A stretch of 64,000 bases of DNA from Penicillus capitatus (taxonomy: Eukaryota > Plantae > Chlorophyta). Below, piece after piece: positions 11,521 to 22,851 of the stretch (position 1 is the stretch's first letter; the number at the start of each line of letters is the position of its first letter). Where the stretch lies: NCBI GenBank assembly GCA_965649825.1, contig OZ287696.1, forward strand, positions 1,035,101 through 1,099,100, read 5' to 3'. The translations under genes were made by a program, and so were the position numbers. The notes below the pieces were generated by a model. The model ran no database searches and was not told the origin of the DNA. It saw nothing but the letters and a program-made list of their open reading frames with translations.

Positions 11521-14500
11521 ATGCGATCGATCTCTGTTGTCGATCATGACGGTCTGCGATGCCCTAAGGCAATTCTGCGCTACACCCGAGTGCCTATGCC
11601 TCGCAGCCAAAGACGACAGGAACTCTCCTCGATTGTACTGGCTCGGAAGACAAACAGACGAAGCAGAGATGACAAACGCGCTCAAAAGGCGATTCCTGAC
11701 AGAACGGCATTGGAGACAATGAAGAGGACAGCAGGGATGATAGACAGTGGCGTGTTAGGGATGGACACTGAGATGGAGGTCGCCATCCAGACGATCGATT
11801 CAGAATCCGATGGTGAAATGATTGAGTAGATCTCGTTGAATTCGCTCAGACGGGTTGCGGATAGAGAGGTGTGCTTTTCAGATTGGGACAAAATGGAGTG
11901 CTGGAGGAGTCTGCATTGTTTGCAGAAGTGGCTCAGAGTTTTCCATTCGAATTGGACAAGTTTCAGAGAGCAGCGATCAAGGAGCTGTTGACTGGCAGAT
12001 CTGTGGTCGTCTGTGCGCCAACAGGTGTGAGAACAGATTGCTTGAGAGAGATACGAGCGTGTGACATAGGAGCTGGCAAAACAGCGATTGCAGATGGCGC
12101 CGCTTCTGCGTGTCTCTCCAAAGACAAGTCCGTGATCTATACGACGCCTTTGAAAGCGCTGTCGAATCAGAAACTCTACGAATTCCGTCAACGGTTTGGC
12201 GAGGATCAGGTTGGATTGGTGACGGGCGACGTCAACTTTCAGACCTATGCTCCAGTGATCGTCATGACCACAGAGATCTTTCGCAACATGATCTACGACG
12301 TCAGTTTCAATCCAGGCATGGGCAGAAGACTGGAAGAGGTTGGATTGGTCGTTCTGGATGAAGTGCATTACTTGGGCGATCCTGGAAGAGGCAGCGTGTG
12401 GGAAGAGCTCATTGTGGGATGCCCAAAGCATATTCAGATGCTCTGTATGTCGGCCACCGTTGCCAATCCACAAGACCTGGGCGAATGGATTTCGCAGATC
12501 CATGGTCCCTGTTCGACAGTGAGAACAGGGAAACGACCGGTGCCTCTGTCATGGTTCTTTGCCTTTTCTCTCCCCGGCAGTAGCCGAACGGCCATACACC
12601 CGCTCTTCAATTCTGACAAGACAGATGCGAATCCTGCCTGTCTTTACGAAGAGGACAATGGGTTTAGCCTCGATGCGCCTCGCAAGATGAATCCGTCAAA
12701 GTGCATTCCGGAATCGTATAAGCTGATTTTGGAAATGGAGAGTAAGGAGTTCCTTCCTGCCATCTTCTTCATCTTCAGTCGTGCCGACTGCGATGCCCAA
12801 GCAATGAAGATGCATGACTTTGGCGTATCCCTGACCACGTCTGAGGAGCAACATATCATCCGCCAAGCACTCAGAGATGTCGAAAACGATCAGCCGGAGG
12901 CCATTAAATCTAACTGCGTGGATGCTTTGGTCTCCGGAATCGCCACACATCATGCTGGATGTCTTCCTGCTTGGAAGCAGCTTGTGGAGTCTCTGTTTCA
13001 GGACGGCCATTTGAAGGTTGTTTTTGCAACAGGCACATTGGCTGCCGGAATCAACATGCCAGCGCGAACCACAGTGATCACGAAGTTGTCCAAGAGGATA
13101 GATGGCAGTTTTGCTTTGATGGGACATAATGAACTGCTGCAGATGGCAGGGAGAGCAGGTCGAAGGGGTTTCGACACTGAAGGCAACTGTGTCATCCTCC
13201 AGAGTCAGTTCGAAGGCGCAGCAGAAGCCGTTGCTATTCTGAAGAAAGGGACAGAGCCTCTCACATCGCAGTTCACGACGGGTTACTCCTTCGTGCTTAA
13301 CCTCTTGGCCAAGTTCACACTGGATGAGGCCAAGGAGTTCCTCGAAAAGAGTTTCCGAAACTACTTGACAGGAATTGGCGTGGTTCGACGTGCTGAAGAG
13401 ATAAAGACCTTAAAGAAAAAGGTGAAGCTGCTGCAGGCTGAAGTGATGAAGGAGGCGTCGGATGACGCGGACGACTCAGAGGGCCGGGCGCTGGCAGAGG
13501 CGAAGGAAGCCCTTGAGAAATCGCAGCATGTATTGGGCGAAACGATCCGAGACGCCCGAGAAGAACGCACGAACATAGCTATGGAGAGTCTGAGGGATCT
13601 GACCTTTCCTTTTCCCGTGCTGATCGATGTGACCAAGAACACATTGGGTTTCGATGTTCTACCGGCCATGGCACTGGATGGGAGAGTAGAAATGGTGGAT
13701 AAGAAGACCGGCGGCGGCGGCGATCTGCGTGAAAAGAAGATCTACTGCCTGGCTGCCGACAATGTCCTCTACAAACTGACGTACCGAGGGATTGTCGGGG
13801 CTGTGTTACAAACAGAGAATATCTGGGGAGCGCTACGTGAGACGATAAAGTATGCCTTTTCACCAAAGACGAGATGGAGAGACGCCGGAGCATCTCACGT
13901 GCAATCGTTCCCTGGAGACCGAACAACCGCCAAAGTGGCCTTCTCGATTCCACCCATTGCAAACTTCGAGCGGTTCACTTGGAGCAAGGCAAAGCAGAAG
14001 ACCATCGTTGAACGGACAGATGCGCACAGACAGGTAAACACATGATGCGCTTCGTCTCAGCTGGCAATGCCGATACCATGCAGCTGAAGAAGGCGTGGAG
14101 AGCGTGCAGCAAGGCTCAGAAAGGACAAGAACCGTCTTCCAGCAGAATCAAACTGAGACTCGCTCGGGCGGAGAAACGACTGCGATCGGCGAAGAGGATC
14201 AAGAGGGAGTTGGAGAGCCAAAAGGAAAAGGGATGGAAAGGATTCACGGCGACCTTGGACATTCTCATTACGGCAGGTGCCGTGGAGGGCGAAACGCTCA
14301 AGATCCTGCCCCTGGGACATGTGACACGGGAGTTCTTTGGAGAGAACGAGTTATGGATGGCCACCGTGTTCACGCATCCGACTGTCCAACTGCTGAAACC
14401 GTCTTTAGTGGCAGCCCTCTCCTCCACCTTCGTCGCTCCAAACGTCTGCTCCAAGCCCTCGCTGAGCTTCGCTGTAGAGCCACCCATGGAGATCGGACAG

Positions 14501-14925
14501 GTTCGCTAATGTCACTTTGCTGTCGCCCTCTGAGATCCTGTCGCAGTTGTTGATGGCGTTGGAGGAGTCGAGGGAGCGGCTGTATGAGTATGAAGTGACC
14601 TCTGGTGCTGTTAATGCACAGTCTCTTTTCGGGCTGCAGATGGATTCAAGACCAGCAGGTCTGTTCAATGCAAGAGGTGGCTGTCTATGAGCGTCAAGCA
14701 TTTTTTGCAGGATTGGTGGAGCTATGGGCAGCGGGTGGTACCTGGGGACAGATCACGGCATCGACCAACATGGACGACGGAGATATCGCCCTTCTCTTGT
14801 CTCGTACTCAGGACGTTCTGCGTCAGATCTATCTGTCAAGCTATCTCCTCGATCCGCTTAAGGACGCAGCCCGATCAGCATATCGATCCATGAACCGCAA
14901 ACCGATTCGAATTGACAGCGTGTAA
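11521..14925 (+). CDS. ISE2: Ski2-like DExH RNA helicase, plastid ISE2-like
   Basis: Motifs APTG/AGKT (split by intron), YTTPLKALSNQK, LVTGD, VMTTEIFRNM, DEVH, MSAT, HHAG, FATGTLAAGINMPART, QMAGRAGRRGFD. DSHCT-like C-terminus GLVELWAAGGTW...MDDGDIALLLSRTQDVLRQI. Arg/Ser-rich N-terminus. Confidence 0.85.
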
Positions 14926-14977
14926 TCGAACATTACAAAAAAAACACGTTCGGGTGAACTGTATTACGTCCCACGCA

Positions 14978-17900
14978 TCATGCGTTTTTCTTCGACTGGC
15001 TCAGCTGCCTGAGATCTCGACGCGCAGAGCTGCGCTTTCCTCGTCTCTTGTTGAGAAGACGGCGATCCAGTTTCCAGTAAGCGTATGGCTCATGCTTGGA
15101 GGCGCCTTTGACATCTCCTCCGGCTCCTTTCTTCGATTTGAATCGCTTCCCCGAGTGGTGGGAATGGACAGCGGAAGGCTTCGTCGTGCGACTCTTTGTG
15201 CTTCTGCCGGGACCGAAAGCAGAGCTCTTCTTCGACGGTGTTCCGGACTTGAGAGTCATGGCGTCGTCGCCTGCTGCGACGTCCAGGGCCTCCCGTCTTC
15301 TCTTCCTCCACTGCTTCTCGGCCTTCTTTAAGCTTTGATCCTGATCCGAGAATGCGTGATAAGGCGAGTGGTATTGGAGAGGAGACGCACATCGATGACG
15401 AGTTTTCCGTCGGAGTTGACCGGCAATTCGAAGGGGCTTTCCTCCAACAGCTCAGAGACAGCGGCATCCGTTTCCTGTCCCGCGGCCGCTCTTGCAAGCT
15501 TCCTGGATTGCGCAGGATCCAACAGGTCCACTGCCTCTTCCATCGCATCATCTACAAACAAACACGTGCACCGTGAGGCTCCACCACGAGAGCCAAAAAT
15601 CGATGTGTGCACGACGAAGACCCGGTCGACCGAAAACGAACAGTCGATCGGAAATCCTTCCCGACACTTTGATCTCGCACAGCAATGACTCGAACAACTT
15701 CCAAGCGAAGGAGGGAAGCCGATCTTAAGACTGTGCTGGCAAAACACCTATTCTGCGTTTCGTACCGGCATCAGTCTGGGCAACAGCTCTGCCGGTATGG
15801 AGCACGGATCTCTTGCTCGTCAGCGATCTTCCGATCGTGGTGCTGGGCTTCAACAGAGAAGCGTTCGTCTGTGACTTGGTTCTTTCTGTCCTCGTCTTTG
15901 CCGTCCCTGATGCGCCCCCTCCCGCTCGTGTCCCTTCCTCTGTCTGCCCCATCTGAGAGGCACTGCGTCGATGGAGCTTTCTCAGGTTCCGCATGACTCG
16001 ACTGTACGCCTCGGGAACGAATCTCTGAACGTCCTCGAACCCGACAAGCTCGCACAGCTGCATCAGCAACGCCTTCGTCTTCTCTCTGGCTCTCCTCATC
16101 GGAGCATCCCATTCCAGAGCAACGCGCACGATGGGCTCGACGTAGGAATTCAGCAGCATTCTGGGTACGTTCTGCAGCGCCGTCTTGATCAGGTCCAGCA
16201 GAGCGACGAGGGTGGGTGCTGCGCTCATCTGTTGCTCTCTCTGTTCGATCAGCCGCAGGAGACTGTCCAGGATCTCGGAGAGCCTCTCGGAGAACAGCAC
16301 CCCGAAGCGCTCCATGAGGCACTGCATCGCCTTGATGGTGCCCTTCGTCAGCGAGTCCTCTTCGCCGCTTAGCATCCCTTGCAGCAGGACAACGAGTGTG
16401 TCGAACCGTCCACCTGTCGAGCAGCGCGTGACTGCAATCAAAGGAAGAAGATTCGACGGACTGTCTGAGTAGTGTTGGCCCACGCAAAGGAGCGTCTGTT
16501 CCGCCCTTTCCTTGACTTTGACTCCAGAATCGACGAATCCCAACACAATCTCCGGAAGAAAGGCCACAGTCAGCTGCACGGCAGAGCATCAAGGCACCTC
16601 AGCTGCACAGAATCCTCCATCCGTACTTCGTCGGCATCGAGTGGCGGCGTGTGTTGGTCGAACTGCGCGGAAAGGAACTCCTTGATGCACCGCAGGCGGA
16701 ACTGCAGCGATGGGGATTGACAGCAGCCACACGTAGATTCCAGCAGCTTTGCCATTTCCTGATGGACACAGTCGAGACGTTTGTCCACCAGGCTCTCCGA
16801 GAGTACCTGCGATTTGTGGATCCACGCGGATCTCCGATGCTCCAAGATATATGCAAGGATCTTGTATCCCTTCTTCTGAACGTGGTAGCTCACATTCGAC
16901 TAAAGAGTGTCGGCATAAGCGACGACGGTCGGTTGCGGTCGTCACCTGAATCACGAGCTCCGCGATCTTGATCGCTTCCTCGAGTCCGTGACTGTCCAGG
17001 CTGGAGACCACAGCAAACAGGAGATCAAAGGAGACCATCTGCTGCTGTACGCTGTCTGTCGCGGCTTCTTGGAAGGACTGCATACTCGAGCATTAGCAGA
17101 ACGATCCGGCATCGAGCGGCCTGTCACCTGGAAGAGCCGATTCTTCGCGTCCGTGAAGAGTGCGTTCAGGACTGTCGGCGTTGAAGTGGACGCCAACTCC
17201 GAGAGAGTGCAGAGCAGATTGGGTCCTCTGGTGGCGTCCGTCGCGACTAGCACGGACGCCATGACTTCAAACCACTTCTCGGAATGCGCTCTCAAGACCT
17301 CCATAGATCTGCGTTGCACACGGAAGTCGTGTCGAAGTCATTCCGATGTGCATCGAACGCACTGCTCTGCGAGTTCGGGAGTAAAATGCGAAGGAACATC
17401 CGCTGCTGCGGAGGTGATGTCGTCGGATGAACATCGGCGTCCGTCGTCGGTGTCCATGGAAGCACCTCGTGCTCGATGTGCCTGGCTCGATTCATCGTAT
17501 CCGACCCTGTCCATCCAAAGAGAGATTGGTTTGTACCTTCAGAGCCTTGAGCGGAAAGTGGTAGAGGCGATAGATGGCCAAGGAGATCGTCTCTTGCAGC
17601 TCGCTTCGCTCGACAAATACTTGCCCGACGATGCGCGACAGGGACCTGCGCGCAGATCACCACTGCCTTGGTGACTCGCAGATCGGAAGTCGGCGAGCGG
17701 GTACTCGAAACCAGACGGGATGTCTCGTGCCCACAGACAGAAGGACGGTAGTGTCTGCCAGATCTGTCTCTCTAACGTCGCGCACTTGAACTCCGATTCG
17801 GGATCGGAGGTGCTGAGTTGCTGCGCCCTCTGCCTCGCAAGCACCGCAATCGGAAGCAGCCTTTCCATCCAGTCGGTCAGGTTGTCGCATCGCGCGTATC

Positions 17901-19805
17901 TCTTGATCATGGGCAGGAGCCAAGTGCGCGACTCTCCATCCGCTCTCCGCTCCGAGGCCTGTCGAACAGTCGTCTCACTTCTCGACGGCGAAAGTGATCG
18001 GACGACCTCCTGGATCTGAAGCGGCAGGACGTCCAACACGGCAACCACTCCGAGGTGCGACATCGCCGATCCGATGGTCTCTTCTAGATGCTTCAAGAGG
18101 GCAGGCTTCTCCTGGACAGCAAGAGTCGTTTGCTTCTCGATATTGTAGAGAAGCGGACGCGGACGGAGGGGTCACTTTGTTCGAGGATCGGCAACCCGTG
18201 GCTGCAGTGGCGTGTCGCCTTGGAGTCGAACGCCTCGTACAGTGCTCCTAGTCTTGCCATCACCCGGCTTAGACTATCTGCCTGTGGACGCCTGGCAGAC
18301 GCAAAGAGTGTTCGAACAACTGTGTCCACAGCAACCGGTCGCCACTCGTGTCGTCCATTTCTCGCACGTGTAATCACTCACCTGGTAGCAAAGTGATGAG
18401 ATCGTCTTCCTGGTCCGTGTCCAGCGCGGACTCCATGCTCTGGCAGATCTTCGAGAACGGCGAATCCTCTTCCATGCGTCCTTCCCCGGAATCCCGTTCT
18501 TCTTCGGATGCTCTTCGTTTGGCCATCGCCGAGAACAAAAATATCAGATGCTGTTTCGAACGTTCTCGCACCTCTTCGAACTCGGAAAGCAGCTAAACAC
18601 AACAGGCACGCATTTTCTTCCCTCTAGGCCCTTGTCGAATCCTACCTGCTTCAAGAGGGACGGCAAGATGCACGACAAGGTCTCCATGGATAGAGAAGGG
18701 TCTTGGTCGTGAAAGCGAGCGAATCCTGCGTAGACAGTTTCGACGAAGGCCAGAGAGAGCTCGTGGTTTTCCGTCGGAGTCCCCTCAATGTGCTGCACCA
18801 AGGAGAGGAGAATCTCCTCCACTGTTTCCCTTTCCAGTTGGACGGCGCTGTTCGGATCAAGGACAGCTCTGAGGACGTCGCACGCCATGGCCGATGTTTG
18901 GGGAAGCCTGATCGTCATGACCCGCCAAAGCTGTGGCAACATGGACTGCACGAAGCAGATATCCGTCAGCGGGATGAGCGTCTTCAGCGCAGAGAGAAAC
19001 CGTATCAGAGACATAACGGCTGCATCCAGGGCGTCTTGCATTCTGGAACGGATCTTCGAATTCGTCACCCCCGATGCCGTGGCTGCCTCATTGAGCGGCT
19101 CCTCCACAGCCCTCCGCCCTATCTCCTCGACCCGACGACATATCTCGCTCTTGAGTTCGCACAGGGATTCCATTTTCAGAACGGCGGCGACGATGCGCGC
19201 CGCCATACGCGAAACGCCCTTTCCTTCCGCGCAGACCACGGCCGGGATCAAAACGTCCAGCAGCGCCCTCACGCCGTTCGCACTGGAACGGTCCAGACAG
19301 GGCACGACCTTGGAGAGATTCGACATGACGCTCTTCTGGATGGAGAGATTCCTGGAGTGTCTCTCGAGAACAGTGTGATGCATCGACATCAGCCTAGATG
19401 CCCGCAGAGAGAGCACTGCCCTCGGGACGCGCGATGCCACGATGACCAGACAGTCGCACACGGCCTCACAGACCTGCAACAGCTCCCGTCGTCTGCGATC
19501 CCATGCACGTGGTCATTGTGGATTATTACCTGCGCCTTGTCGATCGCGTCTTTTGCCTCGAGCGTCGCGATCAAGCCGCTCAGGAGAGTTGGATAGGTCA
19601 CCGTTTCGCCGCGGGAGACGATGACTTCCGTCACTGCCGTGAGAACTCGGGCAACGACGGGTTTCTCCGCCGCCGCTCTCTCGCCCACGGCGGCCAAGAC
19701 ATCGTCGGCTACGCCGTTCAAGCTGAAACGATTCTCTAGAGATTTCGTCAGACTCTTCACGGCAATGTCCTGCGACGTTGGTGCCGTCGACGCCGCCGAA
19801 GTCAT
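14978..19805 (-). CDS. RRP12: Ribosome biogenesis HEAT-repeat protein RRP12 (NUC173 domain), intact copy
   Basis: NUC173-like IGSAMSHLGVVAVLDVLPL...TWLLPMIK...LERQIWQTLPSFC. C-terminal HSGKRFKSKKGAGGDVKG...EPYAYWKLDRRLLNKR. Many short introns. Confidence 0.9.
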
Positions 19806-19885
19806 GTTTCAGCCGAAGGTCCGTTTTCACTCGCCGTATTCGCTGCCGTATCTGACCTGACCCACAGCCATGGCGGATTCCTCCG
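19806..19885. promoter_or_regulatory. 80-nt head-to-head spacer between RRP12 and the dioxygenase-like gene (duplicated at 40585-40665)
   Basis: Divergent ATGs at 19805 (-) and 19886 (+). The same spacer is conserved in the inverted copy. Confidence 0.55.
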
Positions 19886-20162
19886 ATGGTGTCACCAGAA
19901 TTCCCGCGTCAGAGCGTCTGGGTGTACAAGGAATGCGTTCCCGAGCACTGTCTGGCGTTAATGCGCGATGCGGCGATGCTCTACGCCCATGCTCCGAACT
20001 ACTGGCTGCTGAAAGTCCTCCTCGCTGGATGATGATCCTTCATGGGCAAGTTCATGTCCAATGCACAGGAAGCCCTGGAAAACGACCTCGACCGTCGGAT
20101 GCTAACGCCTGCCAAATTTGGCATCTGGCACTTGTGTCATGCGGTCGCAAAGCGCCGACTGC
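19886..20162 (+). pseudogene. Truncated 5' copy of the 2OG-Fe(II) dioxygenase-like gene
   Basis: MVSPEFPRQSVWVYKECVPEH...NYWLLK/EALENDLDRRMLTP matches 40584-40308. Homology stops at ~20162, before GAEWWVQ and the HFD motif. Confidence 0.85.
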
Positions 20163-20939
20163 TACTTTCGCCCTTCTCCGAGATCTATCAGAGCTCAGTC
20201 CGAGAGAGATTCGCACGTCTGACACAGATAGCTACCATTTTGTGCTTCACGACGCGTCCCAGAAGGACGGGGACGGGGAAGACTCAGCAAAGGTCGGTCA
20301 CATCCTCCATGCTCTTTGCCTCCATCCGTCGCTCGGGAGCAAAGGGGTGTGGTGAGCAGATTCGTTTGCCCATGCAGTACGAGAAGACAAGGGATCTGGT
20401 CTTCCTGGAAGAGGCCATGCCGACCATCACCGTCTCGATGTCTCTCCACTGTGAGATCAGTTCACTGGCGATGTGGTAGGTTGCCTGCCGAGCGAAGTGA
20501 CGTTCGACCCATTTTCGTCCGACGTCAGACTGCCGCGGAGAAAATCGCGCATTCTGATTGGCTAGCCGCGGTCGAATTTGTTGCAGCTGTCACATCCTCG
20601 ACCATAAAACGCGAGGCGCCATACCTGTTTTCGCATTTCCGCTTTTCTGAACTGTGCGCCACTGCTCGCGGTGGACTACGGCTTCACCACTCGGCAGCTC
20701 CGGGACTCCTTCCTAGCCGAGTCCAAGACCTGACACGCAACCGTCGCCTCCAGCGCAAAGAATTCCACTTCGTCGCCAAGGTACGTACTCCCTCTCTCTG
20801 GATCCGTTTCACTTGGGGGTGTGTCTGGCAGAACTGAAAGGCCGGCGGCTTTGCGGCGGCGGAGGGAAGCACCTGCGCCGCCGAGTCGTGCCTCCCAGCG
20901 TCCAGAGAAGAAGCTCGAGACCCGGCAGCTTCAGAGACT

Positions 20940-21610
20940 CCTTCCAGGCCGATCTCTACCTCCAGGTGGTGGGGACGAGCTAGGAGTCGGAAGGGATCGA
21001 GTCCATCGCCCACCGCGATCGGCGCATGGACCAGGTGCCGCCTGAGGAGCTCGAGCTCCTCGTCGACCGGCTGTCCCGTAACCGGCTGGCGGATCTGCTC
21101 GACCTCCTCTGCCGTCTGAAGCTGATCGAGGGCAGCGTCGCCGCGAACGCGAGCGGGGCGGGGCTGCTGGAATCCTCGAGGTTCGTCGCACAAGACACAG
21201 GTCTCGCCACCTCCGCAGACGAAAGACAAGTCTGCTGAACACCGCGTTTCTAGGAATCATCGAGGAGCCCGAAGCATTTGACGGAACGAATCCGACCCAA
21301 CGGCGGACGTTCGATGCGCCCTCGACACGGCGGAGTGCCTCGAAGCGTACTAGATGCGACTGGAGTCCGTTTTCTCACAGCACCGCCGTCAGCTGATGAG
21401 GTCCTTCTTTCCGGCTGCCGTGGCGTCGGAGGTGTGCGTCATCGGCAACTTGTTCAACCCGAAGACGATGACGAACGTCCAAGTGGATGACGCTCCACGA
21501 GCTGATGGAGGACATGGATCCGCTCGATTGGGAGAGAGAGGACATCGCCAAGAAGATGAATGTCGCCTACCAGCAGGTGGTACGACTGAACCGCAATCGA
21601 TGCCGCAAGA
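20940..21610 (+). pseudogene. Internal fragment resembling TFIIIC B-box-binding subunit (GTF3C1/Tfc3)
   Basis: FQADLYLQVVG...MDQVPPEELELLVDRLSRNRLADLLDLLCRLKLI and REDIAKKMNVAYQQVV recall plant TFIIIC motifs (ELFLQVVGS...LMD..ATGRLS.LIDILRRLKLI; KIAKDLNLTLEQV; recalled from memory). In-frame TAG at ~20979; no N- or C-terminus. Confidence 0.6.
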
Positions 21611-21895
21611 GATCGTTGAAGGCTGCCAGAGAGCCGAAAGGAGACGAAGAAGACAAGAAGCCGCGCAGAGTCATACCTCGAGCTGCCAGGAAGCCAAACC
21701 ACATAAGACCGAAGAGGTTTGCCAAAAGGTGCCCATCCTTTCTGCCAGGGATCCCTCTCCTCACTCTGCGCGCAGGACGGAGGATGCAGTCTCCGGAGTG
21801 GAGAGCGAGTCGAGCGTACGACGCGGGACGAATCTGGAGTGGCTGAGGAGGTCGGAGGAGACGCGTGTGAATCATGCAGACATCAGCCCATGGAC

Positions 21896-22200
21896 AGCAA
21901 GGGGCATGTACATGAGTCTGCCGTCGATCTGCCTCGATGCAGATCGACGCAGACCTTGTACGTAGCTACCTCCGTGTGCATGAGTCTGCCGATGATCTGC
22001 CTCGATGCAGATCGACGCAGTCCTGCACATGGAGGCGGCTCAGAATGACGTAGCTACAGCCCATAGCTACTGCCATGTGCACGAGTCTGCCGTCGATCTG
22101 CCTCGATGCAGATCGGCGCAGTCCTGCACATGGCAAAAACTATCCAAGCCTGGAACAACGCGTCTACCGAGTCGTCCTCCGTGAAGGCGAAGCCGCTGGT
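21896..22200 (+). repeat. Hairpin array 1: three tandem ~55-63-nt imperfect palindromes plus a conserved tail
   Basis: Core GTCGATCTGC-CTCGAT-GCAGATCG(A/G)C, extended by CTGC/GCAG and (GC)CATGTGCA/TGCACATG(GC) arms. Confidence 0.9.
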
Positions 22201-22642
22201 GCCACTGCAAAATACCCCATTCCATTACCTCCTCGACTCGCAATTGAATCAAGAACTCCCATGACGTCGGATTTTAGAATGGCCGAAAGCCCAGAGAGCA
22301 AAGATTTCGAGTATCATTTTCTTCTACATCACTCCCACTGAGTCCAACCGCCTCTGTCATAAACTACTGAGCCATCTGAAGGAACGCGAAGCTGCTGGTG
22401 TTCTGCATCTCCGAGAATTCAACACCACTCCCTATCTCATTCCCGCTTCAGAATCGAGTTTAACAGAATTGCCTGCCACAGACGATCCAATGAACGCCCT
22501 CATCTGTTTCCAGATTGTGATGTGATGTGCGAGACTTTGCTGATATCTGTGTGTCAAACATGTTTGTTTTTGATGTGACATTTGTTCGGACGCATCATCC
22601 ATTGTTAATCAATTTTCAACTCAGCACGTGCGTTACGCAACC

Positions 22643-22817
22643 ATGTTAAGCGACAGCGTTGCAGCGAAAGTCATCGCCGCACTCTTCTCTTGCGTCTCTG
22701 TCGGGATTTCTCTCAATCAGGTGTGTCTCTATCTGCGTCTATCGCGCCCATTTGACCTTCTGTCGTGTCCCACAGATTATCATGCACTTGAAATTCTATA
22801 CCGAGCCTGTCTTTCAA
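22643..22817 (+). pseudogene. First two exons of a TMEM184/OST-alpha (LAZ1-like) transporter gene
   Basis: Spliced (intron 22721-22775): MLSDSVAAKVIAALFSCVSVGISLNQ-IIMHLKFYTEPVFQ. The TM helix followed by HL..YTEP..Q is characteristic of the family; the rest of the gene is absent. Confidence 0.7.
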
Positions 22818-22851
22818 GTAATCTACTGCTCGGCTGACAGGACAACCGACA

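Larger units (their letters stand above)
14623..20162 (+). repeat. Inverted duplication 1, left copy (ISE2 3' end + RRP12 + 5' half of dioxygenase-like gene)
   Basis: Reverse-complement match to 40308-42606, e.g. ctcttttc...ctgcagatggattcaagaccagca at the left end and catgcggtcgcaaa..ccgactgc at the right end. Confidence 0.9.

Noticed and set aside
21896-22200. Palindromic repeats separated by short sequences resembling a CRISPR array
   Set aside because: Inter-unit sequences are related to each other (gtagctac blocks) and of very unequal length. Units are ~60 nt, no cas genes are present and the context is eukaryotic.
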